In this document: positions 19,576 to 28,455 of the stretch, one piece after another | How the letters are laid out: the number at the start of each line of letters is the position of its first letter | Numbering within the stretch: the first letter of the stretch is position 1 | From: Prochloron sp. | GTDB taxonomy: Bacteria; Cyanobacteriota; Cyanobacteriia; Cyanobacteriales; Prochloraceae | Assembly: GCA_965198675.1 (NCBI GenBank) | Contig: OZ240666.1 | Location: 146,806-210,805, forward strand | Length of the DNA stretch: 64,000 bases | Direction of reading: 5' to 3' | Translations under genes and position numbers: made by a program | The notes under the pieces: model-generated | What the model was told of the DNA's origin: nothing | What the model saw: only the letters and a program-made list of their open reading frames with translations | Databases searched by the model: none

Positions 19576-20808
19576 ATGGGCAAGCGCAAGGGCAAAACAA
19601 AAGGTAAGAAGAGGAGCAACCATTATGATTGTGCTCCCTATAGACAGGTTTTAAAGGACAATTTTATTCCCAAGCTCTTCCATGATATGGTTCCTCAAGT
19701 ACAGGAATGGTGCGAAGAGGTTGAAGGAAGATATCCAGATTTTGCTTTGGAGTTTAAGTTTAGTTATATGGTGTCTCGAAAAGCCAAACCAAAATCTAGG
19801 TTGAACCAGGACTGCTATACAATGGCATTTTGGCTCAAGCTGAAGCAACCTTTCCCTGATTTAATGGCATTAATAAATGAACACCGTGAGACTATTTTTG
19901 AAGCGATTCCTTTTTTGACCTATCTTGACTTGTATAGATATCACGGGGATGCCCATAGTTTGCCTTGGGACGATGTGAGCTGTTTTAGGGACTTACCAGT
20001 TTGGACTCCAAGTTACAAAGAAGAAGGTGCATGGTATGACTACGTGGATTATCCTGAGGAAGAAAATCCGATTCTAAGGATGTTTGAGCAATACCCCGTG
20101 TTTAATTTAGCAGATGCTTTGGCGGAATTTCGCAGTTCTGTTGAAGCAGGATTAATTGAGTCTTATAGCACTAGGATTGAAGAAAGAACTATGGGTAAGC
20201 GCAAGAAAAAAGGAAGGAAGCATGATTTTTATCTTCCCAGAACGTGGTTTTTTAAAGATAATGATATTCCCAATATATTATTGCATGACATGCTTCCTAA
20301 AGTCGAGCAATGGGAAGCAGAGGTTAACCGAAGATATCAATGTGATTTCGGGATTAAGTTTCGCTGTCTAGTGGAGGGTAAAAGACCGTTTCTGGATAAC
20401 TCCTATGACTATGAAATGGCATTTTGGCTGAAGCTGAGAAACCCTCTACCTTCTGATTTAATGGCATTAATGGATGACTACTGTGATATTATCTATGAAG
20501 AAATTCCCTTTTTGACCTATCTTGATATCTACAGATATGATAGCTACCCAGAGTGTTTGCCCTGGAAGAATGTGAGATGTTATGGGAATTTCCCAGATTA
20601 TGAGAAGTTGATTGAGGAGGAGGAATACTATGATTATGTGATTGATGAGGAGGAACCATGGAAAAACAAAAAACCATGGGAGGACTACTATAGTGAGGAA
20701 GATAATCCGATTCTAGTTTTGTTCGAGGAATACCCTGAATTTAATTTAGCAGATGCTTTGGCAGAATTTCGCAGTTCTGTTGAAGAAGAATTAATTGAGT
20801 CTTATTAA
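19576..20808 (+). CDS. Unknown protein made of two fused copies of a 205-aa module (basic MGKRKGK head, acidic tail)
   Basis: Residues 1-205 and 206-410 are paralogous. Both begin MGKRK.. and both end NLADALAEFRSSVE..LIESY. The second module starts at the internal ATG at 20191. Confidence 0.5.
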   Translation: MGKRKGKTKGKKRSNHYDCAPYRQVLKDNFIPKLFHDMVPQVQEWCEEVEGRYPDFALEFKFSYMVSRKAKPKSRLNQDCYTMAFWLKLKQPFPDLMALINEHRETIFEAIPFLTYLDLYRYHGDAHSLPWDDVSCFRDLPVWTPSYKEEGAWYDYVDYPEEENPILRMFEQYPVFNLADALAEFRSSVEAGLIESYSTRIEERTMGKRKKKGRKHDFYLPRTWFFKDNDIPNILLHDMLPKVEQWEAEVNRRYQCDFGIKFRCLVEGKRPFLDNSYDYEMAFWLKLRNPLPSDLMALMDDYCDIIYEEIPFLTYLDIYRYDSYPECLPWKNVRCYGNFPDYEKLIEEEEYYDYVIDEEEPWKNKKPWEDYYSEEDNPILVLFEEYPEFNLADALAEFRSSVEEELIESY

Positions 20809-20917
20809 GGCGACCCCGGCTTTGCCGGGATCCGCTACGGGGCGCGCCGGAAATTGCATTATCTTTCTGAAAAGGATAATGTACAATTATAACACTTATC
20901 ACCGTTGAGGAATAACT

Positions 20918-21544
20918 ATGGGCAAGCGCAGAGGTAAGAAAAAATGAGAAAAGTGGTTCAAGCGTCATGGTTGGGAATTTCCCAGGAATTGGTTTTTTAA
21001 GGACAATTTTATTCCCCCGATACTTTCAGAAATGCTTCCTCTAATCCAAAAATGGCGCGAAGAGGTTAACCGAAGATATCTATGTGATTTAGGGGTTAAG
21101 TTTCGCTGTCTAGTGGAGGGAAAAAGACAGTTTTTGGATAACTCCTATGAAATGGCATTTTGGCTGGAGCTGAGGGACCCTCCACTTTCTGATTTAGTGG
21201 AATTAATGAATGACTACTGTGATATCTATGACGCAATTCCCTTTTTGACCTATCTTGACTTGTACAGATATGATGACGACGCCGATTATTTGCCTTGGGA
21301 GAATGTGAGATGTTATGGGAACTTCCCAGAGTATGAGAAGTTGATTGAGGAGGAGGAAGACTATGATTATGTGATTGATGAGGAGGAACCACGGAACAAC
21401 AAAAAACCATGGGAGGAATACTATAGTGAGGAAGATAATCCGATTCTAGTTTTGTTCGAGGAATGCCCCGAGTTTAATTGGGCAGGTGCTTTGGCAGAAT
21501 TTCGCAGTTCTATGGAAGAAGAATTAATTGAGGTTGATGATTAA
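20918..21544 (+). pseudogene. Third copy of the 205-aa module, with in-frame TGA at codon 10
   Basis: It reads ATGGGCAAGCGCAGAGGTAAGAAAAAATGA and then continues in the same frame (EKWFKRHGWEFPRNWFFKDNFIPPILSEMLP...) into ORF 21032..21544. Its stop codon (21542-21544) directly abuts the pnkp ATG at 21545. Confidence 0.5.
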
Positions 21545-22214
21545 ATGGATATCAAAATTCCCGAACTCTCCCTTATTGTCCTCATTGGTGTTTCCGGTTC
21601 CGGTAAATCTACTTTTGCTCGAAAACACTTCCAACCCACGGAGGTTATTTCCTCAGATACTTGTCGAGGGTTGGTATCGGACGATGAAACGGACCAGTCC
21701 GCTACTAAAGATGCTTTTGAGGTTCTCCATTTTATCGCCGCCAAACGTTTAGCTGGGCGTCGTTTGACCGTAATAGACGCTACTAATGTGAAAGCAGAAG
21801 ACAGGAAACCGCTGTTAAAGTTGGCTAAGCAATACCACTTTTTTAGTGTGGCGATCGCCTTTAACTTACCACCAAAACTCTGTCAGGAACGGAACAAAAA
21901 CCGCTCCAACCGCCAGTTTAGTTCTCAGGTAGTCCACCGTCAGAGTCAATATTTGCGTCGGGGGTTAAATAAGCTGAAACGGGAAGGGTTCCGCTACCAT
22001 TATATCCTCTCTTCTGTAGAAGGAATAGATAAAGTTTCCATTCATCGTCAGCCACTTGGTCATAATTTACGTCAGGAACATGGTCCTTTTGATATTATCG
22101 GGGACATTCACGGTTGCTATGATGAACTGGAAACTCTACTGCAAAACCTAGGATACCAAATAACTGCTCATCCCGACCCAAGTTCTGGTTGGTATGGCCC
22201 AATATATCATCACC

Positions 22215-22567
22215 TTTTAGTTACCAGTGACCAGTAATCACGTACCATGGTAGCAGCTCAACCTTGGGTTTGAGGCCCCCACCTTTCAGTTACCAGTGAC
22301 CTTGTACCATGATAGTGACCAGTAATCACGTACCATGGTAGCAGCTCAACCTTGGGTTTGAGGCCCCCACCACTTATTTGGTGGCAAGCCACTTATTGGT
22401 GGAAGGTAACTGGTAACTGCCTGACTGCCCCGGTTGGCATGAGCAGGACTGGTAACTGGTAACTGGTCACTGCCTGACTGCCCCGGTTGGCATGAGCAGG
22501 ACTGGTAACTGGTAACTGGTCACTGGTAACTGGTAACTGGTCACTGGTAACTGGTCACTGTTTTACC
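22215..22567. mobile_element. 353-bp non-autonomous repeat insertion (MITE-like, STRR-rich) inside pnkp
   Basis: Deleting exactly 22215-22567 joins ...YHH to PEGRKAVFLGDLVDRGP in frame. The termini are inverted (GTTACCAGTGACC / GGTCACTGGTAAC). The inside holds two copies of an approximately 86-bp left unit, two copies of an approximately 62-bp right unit and CTGGTAA/CTGGTCA heptamer runs. Confidence 0.65.
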
Positions 22568-23323
22568 CAGAGGGGCGTAAAGCAGTCTTCTTGGGGGATT
22601 TAGTGGACAGGGGACCAAAAATCTTGGCTACCCTTAAGTTAGTGCGGAATATGGTGGAATTGGGCACTGCTTTGTGCGTTCCCGGGAACCATGATATCAA
22701 GTTGGTGCGGAAGCTGGAAGGCAGAAATGTGCAAGTTAAGCACGGTTTAGCCCAGACTTTAGCAGAGTTGGAACCCCTTTCAGAAGAGTTTAAGCAGTCT
22801 ATTGCTGCTTTCCTTGACGGTCTCGTCAGTCACTACGTCCTAGACCAGGGTAAATTAGTAGTAGCCCATGCAGGAATGAAAGAGTCCATGCAGGGTAGGG
22901 GTTCGGGACAAGTGCGCAGCTTTGCCCTCTATGGGGAAACAACTGGGGAAATTGACCAGTTTGGTTTACCAGTGCGCTATGAGTGGGCCAAAGAATATCG
23001 GGGTCAAGCTCTGGTTGTGTACGGTCATACCCCTGTTCCCGAACCAGAATGGCTCAATAATACCATCGATATCGATACGGGTTGCGTTTTTGGGGGGAAG
23101 TTGACTGCACTGCGCTATCCGGAAAAGGAACTGGTTTCTGTTGCTGCTGGGAAAACCTATTGTGAACCAGTGAAGCCTTTTTTACCTAATGTCGGCAGAA
23201 GGCTCACACCATAATCTTCGACCTGCTAAGGTCTGGCTATACCTTAGCAGGGGTGTGAGATGAATGACGACGCCGGGATTTATATGCTAGAATAAATCAA
23301 ATGGGCAGGCAATGGATAAGACC

Positions 23324-24572
23324 ATGTTGATCTACGAGATGAAACTGGAAGGAACTAAAGAACAGTACCCACCCCCCTTGCCCCCCTCCCGGGAGGGGGG
23401 TTGGGGGGTGGGTAGCTATTCGTACTGGGCGTTTTATTCGTAACAGTATCATCAGAGCGTGGATTGACAGAGAAGTGAAGAGTCGCAACTCAGCCTACAA
23501 ATATTGCAAGATTTTGGCAGATAATCCAGAGTTCCCTTGGGCAAAGCAGTTAAACTCGCAAGCAAGACAAGCCCACGCCGAAAGAACATGGGCTGCAATC
23601 GAGCGCTTCTTTTTAAACTGCAAGGCAAAAATTCAAGGAAAAAAGGGGTATCCAAAGTTTAAAAAGTATCAGGTCAGGGCGTCGGTGGAGTACAAAACTT
23701 CCGGTTGGAAACTGTCCGAAGATCGTAAGTATTTGACTTTTTCTGACAAGTTCCAAGCAGGTAAATTTAGACTTTGGGGTAGCCGTGACCTTCACTATTA
23801 TCAACTCAACCAGATTAAACGAGTGCGAGTAGTGAGGAGGCATGATGGCTATTACGCGCAATTTGTAATTAACCACTCCAGGAGGGAAACTAAGGAACTA
23901 TCCAACAAACAATCAGGGCTAGATGTTGGTTTAAACCATTTCTACACAGACTCCCATGGCGATACAGTCGATAATCCAAGGTTTTTAAGAAAAGGTGAAC
24001 GGCGTATTAAAAAGCTACAAAGACGTTTATCTCGAACTAAAAAGGGCAGTAGTAACCGCTCTAAAGCTAGGAATCGCTTAGGTAGAGCGCATCGATCGGT
24101 TTCCCGCAAACGTAACGATTGGGTATGTAAGTTGGCCCAGCGCGTCATACGGTCTAACGACTTAGTAGCGATTGAAAACCTAACAGTGCGTAATATGGTG
24201 AGAAACCACTGTTTAGCTAAATCTATTAACGATGCAGCTTGGTATAAATTCCGAGAATGGCTAGAGTATTTTGGGACCATTTATGGGGTGAAAGTGATTG
24301 CCATTGACCCCAAATATACTTCTCAAAACTGTTCTAATTGTGGGAAAAAGGTGACCAAAACATTGAGCACCAGAACTCACAATTGTCTTCATTGCGGTTA
24401 TATAGCTGATCGGGATGAGAACGCTGCCATCAATATCCTGTCTGCTGCATTGGAACAATTAAAAACTACCCTGGGGCACAGGGAAAGTAACGCCTCTGGA
24501 GAGACTCCCCTCTGCCTAGTAGTGGAAACACCGCTGAGTAAGGGAACTCGCAGAAAGAGGAAATCCTCATAG
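23324..24572 (+). pseudogene. tnpB: TnpB (IS605 OrfB) RNA-guided nuclease, N-terminus frameshifted by a 46-nt palindromic mini-insertion
   Basis: MLIYEMKLEGTKEQY (frame 2) is followed by 46 nt of C/G-run palindrome (23369-23414). The protein resumes as AIRTGRFIRNSIIRAWID... (frame 0). The C-terminal zinc finger and RuvC are present (CSNCGKKV...HNCLHCGYIADRDENAAINIL). Confidence 0.75.
23369..23414. repeat. C/G-run palindromic mini-element (CCCACCCCCC..CCCTCCCGGGAGGGGGG..GGGGGGTGGG)
   Basis: It is a near-perfect palindrome. Related copies lie at 58602-58643, about 59196-59245, about 12636-12665, about 31262-31310 and about 39222-39275. Confidence 0.7.
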
Positions 24573-26065
24573 CAATATGGGAATCCCCCGCTATACTGCG
24601 TAGCAGTTAGCGGCGGGAGGATGTCAATTACCACCCAACAGCAGTTGGACGATGTGTTAGAGTTGGAAGACTTGTTAGTTAAAAAGACCATTGAGACCAG
24701 ACTGGGACCCAGGGTAACTATTGGGGAAGAAAATGCTAGGACTGCCTTGGAAGTCATGAGTCGATTTGCAGTTAATCCCAAGTGGCTGATATATTTACCC
24801 TCAACCATGTCTCCCTCGGAAACTTCCAGTAAACCGGGTTTATTGGAATATCCCACAGAAGCTTTTGCTTATTATAGTCGTCTGGGTGTCTCTCAAGTAA
24901 TTTGCGAAGAAAAGCATATGGGTTCCCGGGGGATAGTTATAGTGTGTCGGCATGAAGAGGCAGCACAACGGCGATTTGGGGTAGTTGACGAAGGGATTGG
25001 CATTTGCTATAGTCGTACAGGAAGGCGTTTCTTTAAGAATCCAAAGCTGGAATAGGAAGTACTAACTCAATTACAAAGAGCACTTACAAGAGGGGGATTT
25101 TGGCAAGAGTTTGAGACGGACTGGATTTGTTTGGACTGCGAAATAATGCCTTGGTCTGTGAAAGCTGAGGAACTGATTCGAGAACAATATGCAGCAGTGG
25201 GGGTAGCTGCACGGGTTGCTCTGTCTTCTGCTGTTTCTTTGCTCCAACAAGGTGCGGTGCGGGGTTTAAATGTGGGGGAAATTTTAACTCGCTATCAGGA
25301 GAAGGAGCAATTAGCCCAACGATACGTACAAGCATACCGTCCTTATTGTTGGGAAGTGAATGGTATTAGGGACTTAAAGTTAGCTCCGTTCCACCTGTTA
25401 GCCACAGAAGGGGCAGTTTACGGGGATAGGGACCATCTCTGGCATCTGAATATATTAGGGCAAATCTGTCGTACTGACCCCTTGTTAATGACACCAACTG
25501 AGTATAAAGTAGTGGATACCAAAAATCCAGATTCGGAAGCAGAAGCAATTAAGTGGTGGAAGGAACTTACTGCTGCGGGGGGAGAAGGAATGGTAGTTAA
25601 ACCTTTGTCTTTTATAGCTAAAAGCAAACGGGGGTTAATGCAACCAGCATTGAAATGTCGCGGTCAGGAATATTTGCGGATTATCTATGGTTTGGAATAT
25701 ACTTTGTCAGAGAATTTGGAGCGATTGCGTCAGAGAGGGTTATCTAGGAAGCGGAGTCTAGCATTGAAAGAGTTTTGTTTGGGTATGGAAGCTTTGGAGC
25801 GATTTGTGGAACGGGAACCTTTGCGTCGGGTTCATGAATGTGTCTTTGCTATTCTCGCATTGGAGAGTGAACCTGTGGATCCTCGTTTGTAGGGTGGGCA
25901 TTGCCCACCAATAACCACCCGTACCCTCGTCTCCCCGCCCGCGAATGAATTGCGGACTACCTTATAAAACACCGAGCGGGTTGAATATTGAGTTGCGTTC
26001 AAACAGATAATTCTGTAATGGCGCAAGGTTTGCGCCCTCTTTAAACTATCCCACTGTAGCGACAA

Positions 26066-26914
26066 ATGACAAAAAAGAAAGCCGATATCAGCACGAAAAG
26101 ATTAATTAGTTTATCTCCAAATGAGTGGATACAATGGGTCATGCAAAGAACCGAATTTGAAGCGAAAGAGATTATTTCCTCTGAGTTTCAGTGGGTGAGT
26201 CGAGAAGGAGACGTTTTAGTTAAAGCATATAGTGACGATTTGGGGGAGTTTTTAATTCTCAATGAGTTACAATTGAGGTATACTAAAAAAGTACCTCGAC
26301 GCATGAGAGCGTATGCAGCTTTGGCGGAGGAAAAATATGAACTTCCCGTTTATCCAGTTTTGATTAATATACTGGAAGCGTCTTCAGAAACCATTACTAG
26401 TTCCTTCCAGAGTAATTTTGCTGGTTTGAGGGCGATCCAAGAGTATCGAGTAATAAACTTGTGGGAAGTAGACGTAGATATAGTCTTCCAGCGCAATTTA
26501 TCTACATTGCTGCCATTAGTGCCGATCCTGAAAGGAGGAGGGAAAGAAAAAGTCATCAAACGTGCTTTAAGAGAGTTACGAGTCCAAAAACAACCAGGTG
26601 AGCTAGAATCAATATTAGGGTTCTTTGCTACCTACGTTTTAGACACTAGTTTAGTTCGAGAAATTCTGAGGTTCGATATGGCAATTTTAGAACAATCCCC
26701 TTTGTATCGAGAGATAGTCTCCAAGAGCAAACAAGAAGGCATAGCGATCGGCGAACAGCGTGGTATTCAGCAAGTCGCTACTAATATGCTCCGCATGGGT
26801 ATATCAAGGGAGCAAGTCTCTGAGGCGACAGGAATCTCTGTTGAGCAAGTGGCTCGATTACTTGAGAAATCCTCAGTATCTGAGGGGCGCGCACCGCGTA
26901 GCGGATCTCTTTGA
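26066..26914 (+). CDS. Rpn-family recombination-promoting nuclease / putative transposase (PD-(D/E)XK with DUF4351-like tail), intact copy
   Basis: 282 aa. The MTKKKADISTKRLISLSP... head and the ...LEQSPLYREIV...GIQQVATNMLRMGISREQVSEATGISVEQVARLL tail are typical of the cyanobacterial Rpn/transposase_31-like family. Confidence 0.65.
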   Translation: MTKKKADISTKRLISLSPNEWIQWVMQRTEFEAKEIISSEFQWVSREGDVLVKAYSDDLGEFLILNELQLRYTKKVPRRMRAYAALAEEKYELPVYPVLINILEASSETITSSFQSNFAGLRAIQEYRVINLWEVDVDIVFQRNLSTLLPLVPILKGGGKEKVIKRALRELRVQKQPGELESILGFFATYVLDTSLVREILRFDMAILEQSPLYREIVSKSKQEGIAIGEQRGIQQVATNMLRMGISREQVSEATGISVEQVARLLEKSSVSEGRAPRSGSL

Positions 26915-26961
26915 GATCGCTCTGGTTAGAAACGGAGCGGTTAATCTCTATATCAAGGTTT

Positions 26962-27020
26962 GGACGGTGCGTTGCCATTGCGAAGCAAAGCGTAAGCAAC
27001 CGCCTTTGGCGTCCGCACCC
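26962..27020. repeat. Short copy of the composite GACGGTGCGTTGCCATTGCGAAGC...GGCGTCCGCACC mini-element
   Basis: It shares its ends and core with 57666-57771 and 59966-60091 but has single sub-repeats. It is duplicated at 27926-27984. Confidence 0.6.
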
Positions 27021-27265
27021 TACGCAGGAGGTCAACTTGCGTCGGGTTCATGAATGTGTGTTTGCTATTCTTGCATTGAAAAGCGAACCTGTGGATCCTC
27101 GTTTGTAGGGTGGGCATTGCCCACCAATAACCGCTCGCCCGCGAATGAATTGATTGCTCTCCTTATTAAACCCCTTCAGGATTTCATATTTAGTTGCGTT
27201 CAAACATAGAAGTAGGAGCGCCACCATCTTTGCGCCCTCTTTAAATTATCCCACTATACCGACAA

Positions 27266-27878
27266 ATGACCAAAAAGAAAGCCGATATCAGCACGAAACG
27301 ATTAATTAGTTTTGATTAATATACTGGAAGCGTCTTCAGAAACGATTGCTAGTTCCTTCCAGAGTAATTTTGCTGGTTTGAGGGTGATCCAAGAGTATCG
27401 AGTAATAAACTTGTGGGAAGTAGACGTAGATATAGTCTTCCAGCGCAATTTATCTACATTGCTACCATTAGTGCCGATCCTCAAAGGAGGAGGAGAAGAA
27501 CAAGTCATCAGACGTGCTTTAGGAGAGTTACGAGTTCAAAAACAACCAAGGGAGTTAGAATCAATATTAGGGTTCTTTGCTACCTACGTTTTAGACACTA
27601 GTTTAGTTCGAGAAATTCTGAGGTTCGATATGGCAATTTTAGAACAATCCCCTTTGTATCGAGAGATAGTCTCCAAGAGCGAAAAGCGAGGTATCGCGAT
27701 CGGCGAACAGCGAGGAGAAAAGCGAGGCATTCAACGAGTCGCTACTAATATGCTCCGCATGGGTATGACAAGGGAGCAAGTCTCTGAGGCGACAGGAATC
27801 TCTGTTGAGCAAGTTGCTCGATTACTTGAGAAATCCTCAGTATCTGAGGGGCGCGCACCGCGTAGCGGATCTCTTTGA
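27266..27878 (+). pseudogene. Rpn-family gene, copy 2, with internal out-of-frame deletion of about 250 bp
   Basis: It has the same first 16 codons as copy 1, then jumps from ...LIS to VLINILEAS at an AGTTT microhomology. The frame is lost (MTKKKADISTKRLISFD*). Confidence 0.65.
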
Positions 27879-28248
27879 GATCGCTCTGGTTAGAAACGGA
27901 GCCGTTAATCTCTATATCAAGGTTTGGACGGTGCGTTGCCATTGCGAAGCAAAGCGTAAGCAACCGCCTTTGGCGTCCGCACCCTACGCAGGAGGTCAAC
28001 TTGCGTCGGGTTCATGAATGTGTGTTTGCTATTCTTGCATTGGAGAGTGAACCTGTGGATCCTCGTTTGTAGGGTGGGCATTGCCCACCAAGCAACGCGC
28101 CCTTTATAAAACCCCGACCGGGTTTCAATTACTCCCCTCCTGGGGTTGAAACCCCAGGCTATTCCCTACTCTTCTCATGATTTTTTACCCCAACAGTGCC
28201 CCTACATTTTGCCGATCGTATCAATTCTCTTGTAGGCATCGCCCACCA

Positions 28249-28455
28249 ATGCTACTATCACCAGTACTCACCAACCAGCCACAGACTTAAGCTATTTGCT
28301 CCACAAGCACCCAGAGAGGTTTCAGTTCTTGCGAAGAAGAGAATAGGGATCCGGATACGGTGGAAGAGAAAAATTAGAACACCCTCTCAGTCTCAACGAA
28401 CAGCCGACGGTCAACAGTTGTCGCTACCCTCAAGGAAGCAGGGGTTAAGGAAGTG
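28249..28455 (+). pseudogene. hen1 relic (two fragments of a second hen1 copy)
   Basis: 28249-28330 aligns to hen1 16746-16830, including the ATG, with a 1-nt deletion. 28355-28455 aligns to hen1 about 17463-17570. The approximately 630 bp in between and the whole methyltransferase domain are missing. Confidence 0.7.

Larger units (their letters stand above)
23186..24612 (+). mobile_element. IS200/IS605-family element carrying tnpB only, inserted in pnkp
   Basis: It separates the Pnkp phosphatase and ligase coding segments. A left-end hairpin CCTGCTAAGG-N10-CCTTAGCAGG lies at about 23222-23251. An imperfect right-end hairpin CCGCTATACTGC..GCAGTTAGCGG lies at about 24587-24613. The insertion follows TTAC (23182-23185). 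Boundaries are approximate. Confidence 0.65.
21545..25892 (+). pseudogene. pnkp: Polynucleotide kinase-phosphatase/ligase Pnkp (RNA repair), disrupted at three sites
   Basis: Kinase P-loop IGVSGSGKSTFA (21545-22214). Metallophosphatase GDLVDRGP and GNHD (22568 to about 23185). Ligase domain with EEKHMGSRG (about 24613-25892). It is interrupted by a 353-bp repeat insertion, an IS605-type element and an in-frame TAG at 25053-25055. Confidence 0.85.

Noticed and set aside
18406-19623. Four minus-strand ORFs of 73-85 aa (18406..18642, 18731..18988, 19077..19313, 19402..19623) antisense to the coiled-coil array.
   Set aside because: They are mirror images of the repeated + strand genes and are repeated only because the DNA is repeated. 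They have no ribosome-binding sites, and their sequences are low-complexity (SSISSFQRF...). The + strand genes have clear Shine-Dalgarno sites and a coiled-coil heptad pattern.
22215-22567. The pnkp insertion as an intron or intein.
   Set aside because: Its length (353 nt) is not a multiple of 3, so it is not an intein. There are no group I or group II hallmarks (no GTGYG start, no domain V). Its composition is tandem heptamers and duplicated halves, typical of a MITE.
28122-28152. CRISPR-repeat-like 31-mer GTTTCAATTACTCCCCTCCTGGGGTTGAAAC, with inverted GTTTCAA/TTGAAAC ends and a GAAAC tail.
   Set aside because: There is only a single copy, with no spacer-repeat periodicity anywhere in the window and no cas genes. 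It may be an orphan or degenerate repeat, or just a palindrome. It cannot be called a CRISPR array.
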